Assembly (NCBI RefSeq): GCF_036321535.1
Contig: NC_087436.1
Span: forward strand, 55,058,001 to 55,122,000
DNA: 64,000 nt
Source: Camelus dromedarius
Lineage: Eukaryota
Direction of reading: 5' to 3'
A model generated the notes under the pieces. It searched no databases. It was not told the origin of the DNA and worked only from the letters and a program-made list of their open reading frames with translations. This document shows, one piece after another, positions 1-13,881 of the stretch. Numbering within the stretch: the first letter of the stretch is position 1; each line of letters begins with the position of its first letter. Both the position numbers and the translations under genes were made by a program.

Positions 1-14
1 ACACACACACACAC
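1..14. repeat. (AC)n microsatellite, cut by window edge
   Basis: acacacacacacac at window start. Confidence 0.9.
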
Positions 15-114
15 AAAAACCTTACACTCTAGAGTCTCCTCTGTGTTTGTTTCCCCTTTAATGCCCTTCATCAAACCATCAGTCTAATATTTTCACAACT
101 CCTCAAATGCTTGC

Positions 115-160
115 ATGTTTAAATGGAGGAATCAAAAATGTTTAAATGGAGGAATCAAAA
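115..160. repeat. Perfect 23-bp tandem duplication
   Basis: atgtttaaatggaggaatcaaaa at 115-137 and 138-160. Confidence 0.95.
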
Positions 161-1699
161 GGTAGACTTGTACCACAGAAACACAGTGATGCATTGAGCC
201 AATGTCTTAAAAATGTGGGAATTATGTTGGGTAGGTAGAGAATGAAATTTTAGGCCAAGAGTCAAGGGTGGGGCTTAAAAGGGGAGAGACATGGCCCAGA
301 AAATGCTCTGGGGCTGGATTTGAGTAGGGCAGGAGCTGGAGAAAGAATGTGCAGTGGGTTTTCATGCCCAGGTAACATACAGGTTCTGAGACAGCTGGAT
401 TAAAATTCTGTGACACCTGAGTTCCTTTGATTTTAAGGAAATCTTGGAAAACAGTATCAGAGACTGAGATAAATATTGAGGAACTGTGATTGCTCTTTCT
501 TACTGTGCCACTCTCAGCTTCCTGAAACCATGAAAGCAAGTTTCCCTTGGGAACCGCATACCTGCTCATCTTGGGCTCAGCCCATCATTCTTCATGAGCA
601 GAAAGCTGGGAGCTGCAGCCTCCATCACCTTTCTGGAGTTCACCCAGCCTACAATTCTCCTGCCTCCTTCTGGGCAACCTCCATGAGGTGGCTACTTCCA
701 TTTGTCTGGTGTTTGCATTCCTCTTTTTCAAAGACTCAGCCAAAGGAGCTAGGCAGGAAAGGAATGATTTAAATGAAGGGGTTACCCTGTAGAGGCATGA
801 ATGGAAAACAGTACCTTCTTTACTATACCTTTTACTTTTTCCCTTTTTTAGTGTTCTCTGTTATTCTGTGTCAGAAAATGGCTAGAGGTAAAATGAAAGC
901 TCTTTTTTTCCATCACTCCTGCCAGCTCCCTGCAGGTGCGAGGAATTTGGTGGAATCCTACATTTGTGCCTTAAATTAAGCACAATGTAGCAGTTTGCAA
1001 CTCAGAGTTAAAAGAAGAATGTTTTCTCAGCAGGCAAGAATCCTCAGTGTCAACATTTAATGGACACGCAGAAAGGGCTAGAATGACACAGATTTGCCTG
1101 CTCCAAATTTTCTTCCTACTGTGTCAATCTGGTTTCACCCACATTCCCTGATAGAAGTTGGGCAATTTCTTCTCTCCTCAGCTTTGAATTGTTACTCTCA
1201 GCATCTTCCAGCCCATATCCATTGCCTCCTAAACAGTGCACACTCTGAACCCATCCATTTTTTCCTCCTTTTCTCACATCTGTATTTAAGGGGGGAAAAA
1301 AAGCACAAAATTTCTGGATTCCCAGCTTGGTTTATAATCCTGCTGATTTAAGCCACGTATTACGAAGTACTTGTTAAAAAATACAAGATAATGTTAAACC
1401 AAACTTTATTCGTTTTGCATTGAGTTGTAACTGTATGCTAAGCAAACATAGAGGCTGGCTATTTGGCTTTCCTTTTTTGGGCACCCAGGTATTAAGAATT
1501 GAGTACTCCCCAGTTTATTGGCCCTTTCATCTTCAGTCTCTGCAAATTGCTCTCTTAGTTTTATTTTTCTTTCATTCCAGCATCCTACTTCAGTTTACCC
1601 TCTTCCAACTATAGCTATCGACTCCTGTTTGCTGTATATCTCTGGATATGTATATATCTTAAAAGTTACATATATTGTACTTTTTTTATATATGTAAGT

Positions 1700-2390
1700 A
1701 GCTTTAATTTATGTAAATTGGATTGTACTAGAAATCTGCTGTTTTTGTTCTCCTCTCTTGTTTAAAGTTAGTGATATCTCTATGTAGGATTTATCAAAAT
1801 GATTTTATGTATCAGACAGTTCAGAGATTTTTCCATCACATTTTACTTTCAGCTCTATATTAAGTTGCTTATAAGACATTTAAATTATTTTCAACTCCCT
1901 GCTGTCAGAAAACCAGAACAAAAACAACAAAATGCTTACATTGTATTTGTGTACTAGTTTCTTCGGTGTGTAAAACTAGGAGTTAATTTCTTGGTCATAG
2001 CATCCAGCTAGTGTTATTTTGTTAATTCCTCAACTGACTGCACTAGTCTCCATTCCCATCAGTAATGCCTTAGCATGCCTGGTTCCTGACATCCTCACCA
2101 GTATTTGGTTTTATTTGATTTTCTAATTTTTGCTTAAATAATGTTTGCAAAGGGGATAGTCACTATTGTTTTAATTTCATTTCTCTCCTCATAATGAGAT
2201 TGAACATATCTTCCTGTACTTTGGGTTTTCCTTTGATGCCTATTACTTAATCCATTTTAGGATTCTTACCTTTTTCATTCACCTGGGTTCTTTACATATT
2301 CTAAGGTTAATCACTAGTCTTTGTTTTAACTGTAATAATCTCCTCTCAGTCTGTCAACTGTCTGCAGACTTTGCACATAGTATATCTAAT
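1700..2390 (-). mobile_element. Old L1M (L1ME-like) fragment, ORF2 end/3' region
   Basis: cattcccatcagtaatg...catcctcaccagtatttggt...tgttttaatttcatttctctc...ataatgagattgaacatatcttc resembles antisense L1 motifs; boundaries approximate. Confidence 0.7.
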
Positions 2391-3229
2391 GCCTTTCTTT
2401 TCTCCTTTCTTCTACTCCAGATTCTCATCCTTTATTAAGGCCTAACTCAATTGCACTCTGTCATCAAACATGTTTTTACTACTTGAATATCAAAAACCCC
2501 TTTGTTATTGCTACCATCACATGAAACTTCTATTCCTTGAGGTATTAGGGATAGTTCTATAAATGAACTCAGTGTTACAGATTGTGTGGAATATATTTGC
2601 TGCTTTTATGGTGACAGTCGTGCCTAATGCAGTGTTTAGGAAACAGCTGTCTATTTATTGATTAGATATATTTGCTGAAGTCTTTCAAAAGTGGTTTCCA
2701 TCACCTATTACGCAGTATATGTTAGATGACTCATTTATCAGCACATTTTATTTGGTTATAAAGTCTCAACAAGGTTTTATTACAGTTTCACAATCAATGT
2801 AGCAGTAAAACCTAATAGAAAAGACTAAGCAAATGTTCTTGTTAGTAAACCTTACATACTTAGGCTAAATGCATCAGATTGTTCTTACTCCTATTACACC
2901 AAAAGTATTGATTTACCTTGAACTTTTTATTTTGCTTGCTTACTACTGTTTAGCTTAAGTTGACCATAAACATCATTGTTAATTTTATAGAGAAATATCT
3001 TGTAATACAGTGATGCACTTATAAATCATGGTTACTCTTGAGCTAACCATCACTGTAGTAGAAATGCCAACCAAAAGATTATTGTTTTGAGATATTAGGG
3101 TGAGATAATTTAATATTGTACTAATTGAAAGAAAAGGCTGCTCACAAAGAATGAAAGCATAGAAATAGCATCAATTTTATGCTATCCTTTCCCAACCCTC
3201 ATTCTTCAATCTCAGGCTCTGGACATAGA

Positions 3230-3430
3230 AAGGACTGGTTAAGGGTTTAACAGTGAATGTAGATGTGGTCTTAGTAATCTTTTTTGAACCAGAGCTTGAC
3301 CATGGCTGAGTTACTTGATCTAATAGAATGAGTAGGTTTCTCCATCTGTAGAGGGTGTTGTCAAAAACAAACCAGCCTCAAAAGATTACCTGGATGAGTA
3401 AGTACCCTTAGAGAATGCTCCTCTTGGTGC
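3230..3430 (+). mobile_element. Degenerate MIR
   Basis: tgaccatggctgagttacttgatc...ggtttctccatctgtagagggt resembles the MIR core. Confidence 0.5.
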
Positions 3431-4839
3431 TTGGCTAGAAGAATAAGACCAGCTCTATCTAGATCAGGGCATATTCTTTCTGTCTCCTGTCTCCCTATGA
3501 TCTAATCACAGACTGGAGCAGAGGGGTGTTTAGTCATTATTCACTTTGCTGAGAATTTGCATATTTGTTTTGCTGGATCTGACAAAGTTTAGTAGTACTT
3601 GGAAAACAAGACACCTTAAAACGTGTATCACAAGGCCTAGTATAACATTTGTTTAAATTAAACAGGCATTTTGAACCAAATAATATTCAATGCCTACATG
3701 TAAATATCTCCAATATTATTTCTTTTCCAAAGCACCCACATACCCATATCTTGTAGTAACCTTTCCATTCACAGGTCAGCATCTGATTTCATTCACTAAC
3801 TTGCCAGTGGGACAATGGCAAAGAGTACTTTCTCAATTTCCTAAACAATATTGATAAGACAGCATTTTTTAAATGAACATATGCATACAATGTTTCTTCA
3901 AACGCCAAAGTCAAAGTGCTGTTTTTCTAAACATTGAATAACAAAATGTATAGATAGTCTAGCTGAAAGGATAATACATTTAAACTTTCTTCATTTCTTT
4001 ATTTCAATCCTCTAATTAATCTTGCTTGCTTTTAAATATGTTTTTTAATTTTTTGCTTGTTTTTAAAGTACTTCTTTTTGCAAAGAACTAGCAATTTTGA
4101 ATATACATATATTTAAATAGCAATTTAAATATTTATTTATTTATATATATATAGCTTTTACTTGAAGAGTTATATATAAAGGCTATCATAGCCTCAGAGT
4201 GATTAATTTAAAACTCAGCTGTAGGGCATAAATGACTTAGAAATTTTATCCATGAAGAACTATCAGAGACATTTATTTTTCTCAGTATCATGGATCTATC
4301 TCTTTACAGGGCATGAGCAAATTCTCCAGATATCCCTCAAAATACACAAATGGACTAGATGTCAAATTGTAGAATTTGACTTAAAAATATTTCTGTTAAA
4401 ACACTTTATCAGAGCCTACACTTGCTACAGATTTCATCAACACTTTTTAACAGATTTTCTACTCAGTTATGTTCCCTCTCTCCAGTTCATTCTGTGTAAG
4501 TTTGAAATGCTTAACTGATAACACCTTAAACTAATCCAAGAATAATATTAAAAAGAGTACCATTTAATTTACATGGCCTCTAAAAATGTAAGGACTGTAA
4601 ATTACCTGTCTAGTGATTCTAAGATGTGAATATGGCTTGTGCTTAGCAATTTTAAAAAAATTCTACATATTGCCCATCTTTAATAATAAGGAAAACTCAT
4701 TAAAGTTATTCACAATCCCATAATTCTAGTAAAACTACTTCATTTTAATTTTTATTTTGCATGTTTTCTTTCAATTCCCACTGATACCCTGGTTTACACA
4801 AAGGTATTTATATAAAAAGCAAAACTTTGTATTTTCTTC

Positions 4840-5340
4840 TTTTTTAGTTTAATTTTTTATGTCAGCTGCCTTCCTTTGATGGCACACACCTTTCTAAAAC
4901 ATCATTTTTAGTTTCCACAAAACATTCTGTAGAGTTTATGTAACTCAATGAATTAATTAATCTCCTTATTTTGGAACATTTAGATTATTTCCAACTTTTG
5001 CTTACGTATGCCACTAGAATTATACATCACTTGTTTATTTTTCTCAGATAATTTTTTTGTGTCTAGGTGTTGTGATTAAGGCTATGAATGCTACCTTTTT
5101 TTTTGTAAAGTACTGTCAAATTGCTTTCTAAAAGGTGTATAACAAGTTAGACTGCCACCAAAATATGCTTGTGTTCATGTGATAATACTCTTGCAACACT
5201 GAGTGTTATCAGAATATTTATGATTTTTGTATAATATAAACAATCCAATGTCTCATTATTGGCTTGCTTATCTTTTATTGATTTAATTATAGTAAAAGAG
5301 TAGATATCCACTGATGCATATGTGGACAGCATATGTTTAT
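4840..5340 (-). mobile_element. L1ME-like fragment
   Basis: ggaacatttagattatttccaacttttgct...tactgtcaaattgctttctaaaagg...ctgccaccaaaatatg antisense L1 motifs. Confidence 0.7.
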
Positions 5341-5406
5341 TTCTTACTGTTTAATTAGGGGAATAACTTCCTAAAATTATTCATACTTATCATAAATATT
5401 TTAAAG

Positions 5407-5430
5407 TACATTTCTGATTACATTTCTGAT
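5407..5430. repeat. Perfect 12-bp tandem duplication
   Basis: tacatttctgat twice. Confidence 0.85.
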
Positions 5431-5889
5431 GCCTCTAGAGAAAAGGCAGAAATTTGATTTTTGTAACTAGACCTGTCTAACAAGTGACTATATTTTCTCT
5501 CTTCTTAATATATATAAAAATGAAGAAAATTATGCATATGATATGAAGGCAGTTCATCAACTCCCAGTACAGGGGGATATGGGGATAAAGAAAACATAAT
5601 TCTGTGGCCAAGATACCAGAGGCTCTGTCTAAAGGCTTTAGTCACCAACAAGGACCCATGAAAAGAATTATTTCCCCAGCTTCACAGGCACTGTAATTAT
5701 GATCAGAATTTAGCATCTTTATTTTAACTGACTACATTTGGTAAGTGTGGTATCTCATTGAATCACATGCAGAAGCATCCTTGAAATGGAAAATGTGGGC
5801 ATGGGGTCTTCAGGCTAGTGGAAAAAGGAGTCCAGAGGAGGCAGCAGAACCAAGGGGTAATGAAGAAAGGGTTCCTAGGAAAACCCTGC

Positions 5890-6030
5890 TCTCAAATCTC
5901 TTTGTATTTCCTAACCCATCAAATAGAAATATAGTAGCACCTACCTCATCATGTTATAATGATGATGAAATAAGTTACTCTGGAGAATGTGCTCTAAACA
6001 GTTCTTGCCACTCAATACCTGTGAGCTAGT
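5890..6030 (+). mobile_element. MIR 3' half
   Basis: aaatagaaatatagtagcacctacctcat...gatgaaataagtta. Confidence 0.6.
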
Positions 6031-6109
6031 TACCTGAATTTCAGGCCTCTAGATCCTAGAAATTAAGGCATTTCTTTGTACCTCAGTACATTTCTCATCT
6101 CCCTCACCT

Positions 6110-6238
6110 ATAGTGGCTACATGCCCAGGTTATACGGGACAGCTCTGATTTATTCCTATTTGTTCTATTGTAAATTCTCCTCTTTCCTTATATGTTCAGA
6201 AGTCTCTTATTTTGTACAATAATTTATATGGTCAACCT
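6110..6238 (+). mobile_element. MER94-like non-autonomous hAT-Blackjack element
   Basis: Starts atagtggctacatgcccaggttatacgggacag and ends acaataatttatatggtcaacct, matching both ends of the remembered MER94 consensus; about 130 bp. Confidence 0.65.
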
Positions 6239-6240
6239 CA

Positions 6241-6431
6241 GCTTGTTTATTTTTCCCCATAATACTTAGCACCTTATAATATACTGAATATTTACTGCAT
6301 ATATATTTATTGTCTGCCTGTACTAGATATAAACTCCATAGAAAAGAATTTGTTTTTTAAAATAATTGTCTAGTATTCAGAAAAATGTCTGATGAATGAC
6401 AAAGCTATAAAAAATATTAGTTGAATGAATG
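6241..6431 (+). mobile_element. L2 3' end
   Basis: ttattgtctgcctgtactagatataaactccat...aaatattagttgaatgaat tail. Confidence 0.75.
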
Positions 6432-7077
6432 TACTAATCATCTTGATCGTAGTGGAACTATATTTAAGAGAGTTTGGTGTTATTTTGGAATACCCTTGGT
6501 GTAGTAAGGCTGGTGTGAGCCACTCAGGGCTCTAAAATGGGAGATGGAGGATCAGCTGGCACCTGAGGGAGAATTGCTGCAATCTCTAAAGCTGTGATAA
6601 GAGGATATTTGGAAATAGCTTTGACATCATCTCTGTCTTCTTTAACTATTGCTGTTACTAATATTTGCCTTCTATTTGTTGTTAAATACAGTTGCCTTGA
6701 TCATTTTTTTCCCAACAAAGCTGGGGATTATAGTGAGATGTTGAGGTGGAGTCACACAAATAGTGTAGTTCGTACCAAGTAGCACTTAACTTTCCCCCCC
6801 AAATTGCCTTAGTTGTAGACTATGTATCAGTCAGTCACAGATTGTACTCTAGGCAGTATATAACACGATGACTTGATGGGTCTTGTAAATAATAGCAAAG
6901 CAACTCACTAAACTATATTTTACATTATTATCATAATCACAAAACATTTATTTAAAGTATGTTGCTGAATTCCAGAAAGGGTTTGCGAAATAACTCCTTT
7001 TAGTATCTGAAGTGTTCGAAAGTGTTTAGCTTAAAAGTAGTATACATGGCATAATATAACAAACATAACATAACTCA

Positions 7078-7260
7078 ACCTTTATTGAATTCATACTGTT
7101 TCCCAGATACTAAGATAGACTCTGGGAAGACACACTGTCTGCCATCAGAGTGCCCGGTATGGCAGGTGAGAGAGACAGGTGTAAGTTTTGTCCAAAGTGA
7201 TTGGTGCTGATAGAATTATGCAGAGCATTATTGAAGGGGCAAATATAAATGTACAGGATA
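7078..7260 (-). mobile_element. L2 3' fragment
   Basis: tttattgaattcatactgtttcccagatact...ctgtctgccatcagag. Confidence 0.55.
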
Positions 7261-9556
7261 TGGTAACTGATCGTTTTGGGTTTCCACTAAGGAAGGTTTT
7301 AGTCAGTGTACTAAATGGAAGGAGTTAGGTTTTGGGTTGGTCTCCCAAGCTTCCTTGTGATAAAGGTTGTGACTGTTTTAATATAATTCCACAGAGATCA
7401 AGGAATCGTCTTCTTTAGGAATTTGTATGGAAAAAATAAATCCATAATTCTATTTGTACCAGAAGATAGGAATTGAAATCAAATAACATTTCAAATTCTC
7501 TGTCAGTCTTTTAGTTCTATGAAATGCATTACTTATCTCTAGGATACACAATTGTAAAGCTGTTTACCTAATGTTCAGGAATAAAGAAGTGCATATTTCT
7601 GTATGCAAGGCTCTACTGTTTTATAGATGTTCCAAAAGAACTTAGAAATAATCTTACTAATTTAGATTTTCTCTTAAACAAGATCACCTTTACACTGTAT
7701 TAATACTCACATTTAGGCAGTGAAATGTCCTTTGCATTTTCCTGGTATGTCAGGGACAAGTTTAAGTTTCACTTCCTATGCAGTGAGTCTCTCTAAAAGA
7801 AAACACAGGGTTTCAATTTATATTTCCAAACACCAAAATGAACCCATCTTACATAAATGAACAGTGTCATTGGCTGCAATTTACATCTCAATGTAAATGT
7901 CATTTCCCTGCTTACTGTTGAAGCTTTAAGTTCAGGCTTTGAAAAAAATGCTATCTGTTCCTGTTATTACAAGCTACATTCCTGACAGCGCTCACATTAA
8001 TGACGCTAGATTGCTTGCTTTAGTGCCTTCCTCTTTAAAGCTTATTTTGTCATCTTCCACCCCTTCTTTGCCTGTTCTCAAACAGAATATATTCTAATGA
8101 GATTTAGGAAAGTTATGTTCCCAGACTCAGAAGAGAACTTGCTTCTTCTCTGATTTAGGTGACAACAAGCCCCAGAATTTACTTAGAAAGTGAATCCTAC
8201 ATACCTTAGATAGATTCTGTGGGAGCAGCAAGGTAGATGGAAAATCACTCTCTTCCGGATATTACTTGCATGTTGTAAATATTTAAAGGTGAGGATAAGC
8301 TGTCACGAGGACCAAGGCAAAGGGACAATTGATTTTGTATTTCCTCTGGGGTATGGAAAAACAAATTTAAATTATGTTTTTAAACTTAAGTCTGTAGAAT
8401 AATATCTTATCATTCATTTTAATATAATTGACTTATCACAAGCAAGTAGTTCTATGTCATTTAGTGACTTTTGCTATATTATACCACTTGAAATAGATAA
8501 TGAGCAAAACAGAGAATACAGAAAACTGAAAGTTCATTCTCCAGCAACATATATGAGAAGAAAAAATAGATAAAAGCAAAATATTATGTCATTTTTGGTT
8601 ATGAGAGATAAGAGTTAGTTTAGAAACAACAAAAACAGGAACGCTTTAGGAATGTTTCAAGAGAAAACATGATGACCATAAAACCTATACTCACCTATCT
8701 TTAGGATGGGATGACACTCACAAAAGCTCTTTCAGTTATTTGGAGTAAAGTAAATAGATGGAGCGAGATTACTATTCTATACTTATATTATTATTTGGAC
8801 AAAAAGCTACATTTTTCTCTAAAACTTGCATTGTTGTGACATATGAGAGAAGATAATGGTTGAGAATTCTAGTGATGTTGTTTGTTTGTTTGTTTTCTTC
8901 ATTAAAAATTGCTTAAAAGGCCCTCTTCTATTGAAGAAACTTCAGATGACTTTGGCAAAACCTCAGAGTACAAATGGCTTCTACCGTGACTTTTCTAGAA
9001 GCTTGAGTTGCCAACATATTATGGGGAAAAAAAGGAGGATCAGATTACTCAGTGTTTAAATGGGTAGAGATGAGTGGACACAAAGTTTCAGATATCACTA
9101 GACTATCAGATCCATGGTCAATCATGGTCAAAACTTGAAGACATAGATTAAAAATCAGAAGACATTTTTCACTCTTTATAATTTCTTTTCACACTGGGGA
9201 AAGTAATTCATTCTTCTTATTAGCATGTGTTTTGTTTCTTCATAATTCAGTGCCAACATTTTCTTCTAGTCTGATCTGTTCACTTGTTGTTTGCCAATGT
9301 ATCTGAGGGTGACCCTGACAATTATTACAAAGGAAAACATTAGAGAATAAAAGTAAGGCAGAGGTTTCTTTTCTGAATTTTTTGTCAATAAAATAAACAT
9401 AAGAATTATGAATTAGAATGTGCCATGAGGCTTCTAAAAGATGAAAATGTTATCACAAACACAGTTTTAACTCTACAATCACAATGGACTCTGATGAGTA
9501 AAAGAAAGATTAGCTTCCCAGAGAGAGCCATCTGACTGCACAATGAGCTCTCAGAT

Positions 9557-9584
9557 AAATTTGGATTTTTAAATTTGGATTTTT
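9557..9584. repeat. Perfect 14-bp tandem duplication
   Basis: aaatttggattttt twice; overlaps palindrome gatttttaaaaatc (9578-9591). Confidence 0.9.
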
Positions 9585-9859
9585 AAAAATCAAAAGAGAG
9601 ATAATCTTGCTGCTGGCAGTCAATCAACAAGAATATAGATCGTTGACATTTTACACCTATGTTCTTGGTCAATAAAAATAATCTCGAAACAAAAGAGAAT
9701 ATATTAAACCAAACAGGATGAATGCTCAAGGGGAATGAAAATAGGAAGAGAACATTTACAGGCTCTGAATGAGTTTAGGCCTGGGTTGCCCAACCTAGTT
9801 GAATATAATTCAATAATTTATTCCCAATATAATTTTTACCACTGTAAAAATTAAAAATG

Positions 9860-10020
9860 TTATTATGATGGGCTGAGAGATGATGAATTTCCTACCCAGT
9901 GAGAATTGTAAACAAGAGCTGGATACCAACTTGCTGGAAATAGAGTGGAGGAAACTCAGTATCAGAGGGTGATTGGACTAGACTGTATTAAGATTCTTCT
10001 CTTCAACCCTAAAGTCCTAA
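9860..10020 (+). mobile_element. L3/CR1 3' end
   Basis: atgggctg...aaacaagagctggataccaacttg...ttggactagactg...cttcaaccctaaagtcc follows the CR1/L3 terminal pattern. Confidence 0.7.
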
Positions 10021-10264
10021 TAAGCAAAGAAACATCTCTTGACCATATCTCTCATCTAAAGAGTATGGCCTAATTCTTACAGATCTTCTGAAAAATTTAT
10101 TCTCTCCTACTATTAATCCCCTTTAAGATGTAGAATTTTTTTTGGTAGACTATAAATGTGAATTAACATTGTTGCTTTCCCTAGTAAGAATAATACGAAT
10201 TTGAGTCATATCTGGTTTGAAATAGTAATTATGAGCATAGAATTTGTTTCATATATTGTTTGAT

Positions 10265-10440
10265 TTTTATCTTAGTTCCATCCTTCTCTAATTATGTAGT
10301 TTTGAGTAAGCTACATAAATTTCTAAATTTCAGGTTACTCATCTATTAAATAAGGATAACACTTTCCTCATAGGGTTATTGTGAGGATTAAATGAAATAA
10401 TGCATGAAATAGTGGCTGGCACAAATAATTGCATGTTGAG
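10265..10440 (+). mobile_element. MIR
   Basis: ctcatctattaaataaggataacactttcctcatagggttattgtgaggattaaatgaaataatgcatg. Confidence 0.85.
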
Positions 10441-10444
10441 GTCT

Positions 10445-10603
10445 AATTGCTAAGCATTTAATTCTTCTGACCTTCACATTTTTCAACTGTGGAATGGAGT
10501 AAAGGAGCATCATCTCACAGAATGGTAGTTTAGTTTTAATGAGATATGAAAAGCATGTGACACCGTGCCTGACTCTCAGTAGTAGTTCAACCAATGCTAG
10601 TAT
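10445..10603 (+). mobile_element. MIR (second adjacent copy)
   Basis: caactgtggaatggagtaa...tctcacagaatggt...taatgagat...ccgtgcctgactctcagtagtagttcaaccaatgctag. Confidence 0.7.
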
Positions 10604-10737
10604 TTCCTACCCTCTTGAAGATCTCTAGGACTGCTGGTGATGTTTGCCACATTCCTCTGTATCTGGCCTTAGCTTGCATTATTTAGCCCGCTAAATCCCA
10701 CGTCTAAATGTCAGACCACATATCTCGTGGTGTAAGA

Positions 10738-10892
10738 CAGTGATTCTGGGGTCTTTAAACCCCCTTGAGAAGCTCCTGAAAGAAACATCTTCTCTTTCCA
10801 GAAATATATATGTATATATCCACCCAATTTTAGCTACTTTAGGGATCCCTGAAGTATGCTCATGGGCCTGTGGACTTCAGGTTAAACATCAA
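10738..10892. mobile_element. MER117-like hAT-Charlie relic
   Basis: ggggtctttaaacccccttgagaagctcctgaaag...ccagaaatatatatg...ccctgaag...caggttaa. Confidence 0.6.
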
Positions 10893-12506
10893 AGTCTATG
10901 GCACACCCTGGTTGTACATGAAGACCCACAGATAATCAAAATGGGACCATCCATCCATTGTATTTTGCTATCTGACTGCGTGCACATCAGCCTGTGTTCA
11001 TTTGAGTTAGTGCCATCTGGTTGAGCTTCAGTGCTTCCAGAGGGCTAATACAGAATGTTCACTTTGGAGCATGACTAATAAACTGGGGTTCACAAATAGG
11101 TAACCTTCTTAAACACTAAATGATACTAAAATGAGATGAGGAAAGCCTTGTACTGTGAGAAATGCCACCTAGAGATTACAGAAATGAAATCAAAATATCA
11201 ACTTGTTTAAATAATGGGTGATAGAAGGATAAAACAAAAGGCAAGAACTCAAAATTAATAAACATAGAAAATAAATATGTGCATACATATTTAGGTAATA
11301 TCTTACCTAACTTAAAGCAACAAAATGCAGTTTTCCACTTGCCTGGTTTAGTGGTTTGATGGAGCCACTCTTTGGACTTCTCTCTTCCTTAGCTGTCACT
11401 GATCTAATTGTACTTGCTAAACTCTCAGAAGCTATTTTAAGGTTTGGAGAAAAATGTAGCTGTGTTAGATGATTTTCTCTCACTTTGGTATTTTATGAAT
11501 ACTAACAAATTGTAGCATTTTTTGAAACTCAGTACCCCTCCCACTCCAAAGCATTGATTTTAAAGGCACTAGGAAAAAGATAAGCTCTGATAAATAGACA
11601 TAATATATAAACAAATAGTGCCCAGACCAGGAAAATGCAACAAGTGTATTTGAAATTATTCAAAATGGTGGAGTTCTTCTAGAATGACTTAACAAGTGAT
11701 TTCAGTGTGAATTCAAATCCTCACTTTCCTCATAATCCAATTATGCTGAATTTTGCATTAGGTTAACTTCAAGGCAAGTTTCTGAGACTGGATATTATCC
11801 ATGATCTGTGTCAGATGTTATGGAATTCTTCTGCTTTATTTGAAAACACACCTGAAAAAGTATATTCATTTCAGTATATTTTCAGTGCCATAGGTACTTA
11901 TATTGTAAAGAAGTATGCTATCAACCGTCTTTAGTGTAAGTTCAAGAAAATAATTATATTTAATATAATATATATTATCTTTTTCCATTTTTAATGTCTT
12001 TGCAACTTAGGGCTTTAGAGTTTACAGCAAAGGAAATAAACACTTTTTTTCTTTTTAAGTATATGGCCAGTCAAAATGGATTAAAATTCTGGCTCCGATC
12101 ATTTACTGTTTCTGGGACTTTACAAACCTGTGGTTCTGACTCTGATCCTTAGATTCTCAGTAGGGCCAGAGTGGCAGAATTGGTTTCATCAGAGGAACAA
12201 GTTGCATTACTCAGAAACAGCATAATAAAGGAATCTGTTAAGTTCAGTATAACACTAAATTAAAATCTGAAGAATATGAGTAAACTGAGTGATACCAATT
12301 ATCTTTTGGGTAATTGAAACTATTTTAGTAAGTAGCTAGAATTTAATTGAGGAGAGAAATTTTCATGTTTTATTTATTATTTATTATTCAGAAATCACTA
12401 CTCCTGTATATTACCTGTATATTTCTACGTGACTTCAGAAATTTAGGCCTCTGTAATGAGTCTTCATGACACTCATCTGGATTTTTTATTTTAGTTATCC
12501 CTTAAA

Positions 12507-12666
12507 ACTTTGCTACTCAGAATATGGTCTGGGTACCAGCAGCATCTCTTCACGTTGGAGCCTACAGAAATGCAGAATCAGGCCCTCCTCAAGACTATTG
12601 AGTTTGAATCTATATCTTAACAAGGTAGGTAGGAGATTTGTATGGTCATTAAAATTTGAAACACTG
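12507..12666 (+). mobile_element. MER5A1 (hAT-Charlie)
   Basis: ttgctactcagaatatggtc...accagcagcatc...agaaatgcagaatcaggccc...taacaag...cattaaaatttgaaacactg. Confidence 0.85.
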
Positions 12667-13881
12667 TGATGAATCATGATAAACATGAAATCTTCCCTGG
12701 TATACATTACTTTTAAATTTACTATTTTTATTTTTTAATATGATTTTTTCTTCTGAAGGGGATTCACCATTATTAAAGAACACAATGAAAAAATTCACAT
12801 AAAATTTTAAAAAGTGAGACAAAACTTCAAAGAAATTTCATGCTTTATCAGCCCATAGCATCCAAAGAACATGTTTTTCTACTTTCAAGAATACATGGTG
12901 AGAAAGATTTAGAAGAATTACATAACCAAGTGTTATTGTAAAACACCATTCAATCACAGGTCTCCACTGAAATGACTTTCAGAAATATTCTAACTTACTG
13001 TCAGAATTTTCTCTTCTCTATTGGAAGAATAAGAGAAAATTTTTATTAGTCATATCTGGTGAAGAATTCCCACTAGTAATTTAGTGACTAAGCATTCTAA
13101 AAATCAGACCACCATATGGTTTCCAGAGTTGCTGGAAAAAATTAAATTTTAGTTAACTATATACTTCACTTTACAGTCATTTAAAAGTTTTCCATCCCAA
13201 AGAAAGAATGTCTTCAGTTATTTTCAAAAATCTCTACTTGGATTCATAAAATCCTACCTAATTACTGAAAAAATTCTTCTGTCTAGTGTGGGAAACAACA
13301 CATAAGTGATTCTCCTTGGAGAATGTTTTAGCCTGAAACATTTCCACTCAGTGTCATAACCATTAAATAGCAAGAAAAAAATGACATTTTATCAACACAA
13401 TATAAAAGCGAACCATGAGTATGTGTATCAATCAGAAAACTTGCTGCCAAAGAATATGGACGGCTGAGTCTGAGGCTTTTAATTAATATGTATTTGATAC
13501 TCAACAATTCATTTTGTCACTTACAGGTTCCCTAGCAGATAAAGAGTAGTAAGAAGGAAAGACAAGAAAAAAATATTCAAAAGAAAATCTCAATCTTGAG
13601 AAAATGCTGTCATTTTTTTCTCCTGTGAATTGGGAAATGCATATCATTACTTGATTTTTGTACATAGGAGAACATGTTCCAAATTATAGTTCTTCAAGAG
13701 AGCAGCTGCTTTAAATATTTCTTGCTAGGTACATTGTATCTTCAAACACTACAGAAATCATTGTGATTTGGAGTTTGTAATTTTGAAATCCTCCATTGGC
13801 TGGGGTTAGGGTGAAAACTGAGGGAGATGTTATGAAAGAAAAGACAAGACACAATAAACACTCATTTTTCTATGTTTATAG

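Noticed and set aside
222..1614. Cluster of ORFs up to 115 aa, including 476-772 with an acceptor-like ctctcag near 517
   Set aside because: No recognisable domain, random-looking composition and no convincing exon chain
11272..11310. Two adjacent 8-9-bp inverted repeats; similar ones at 13005-13041, 19049-19070 and 63011-63024
   Set aside because: Short AT-rich inverted repeats are expected by chance at this base composition
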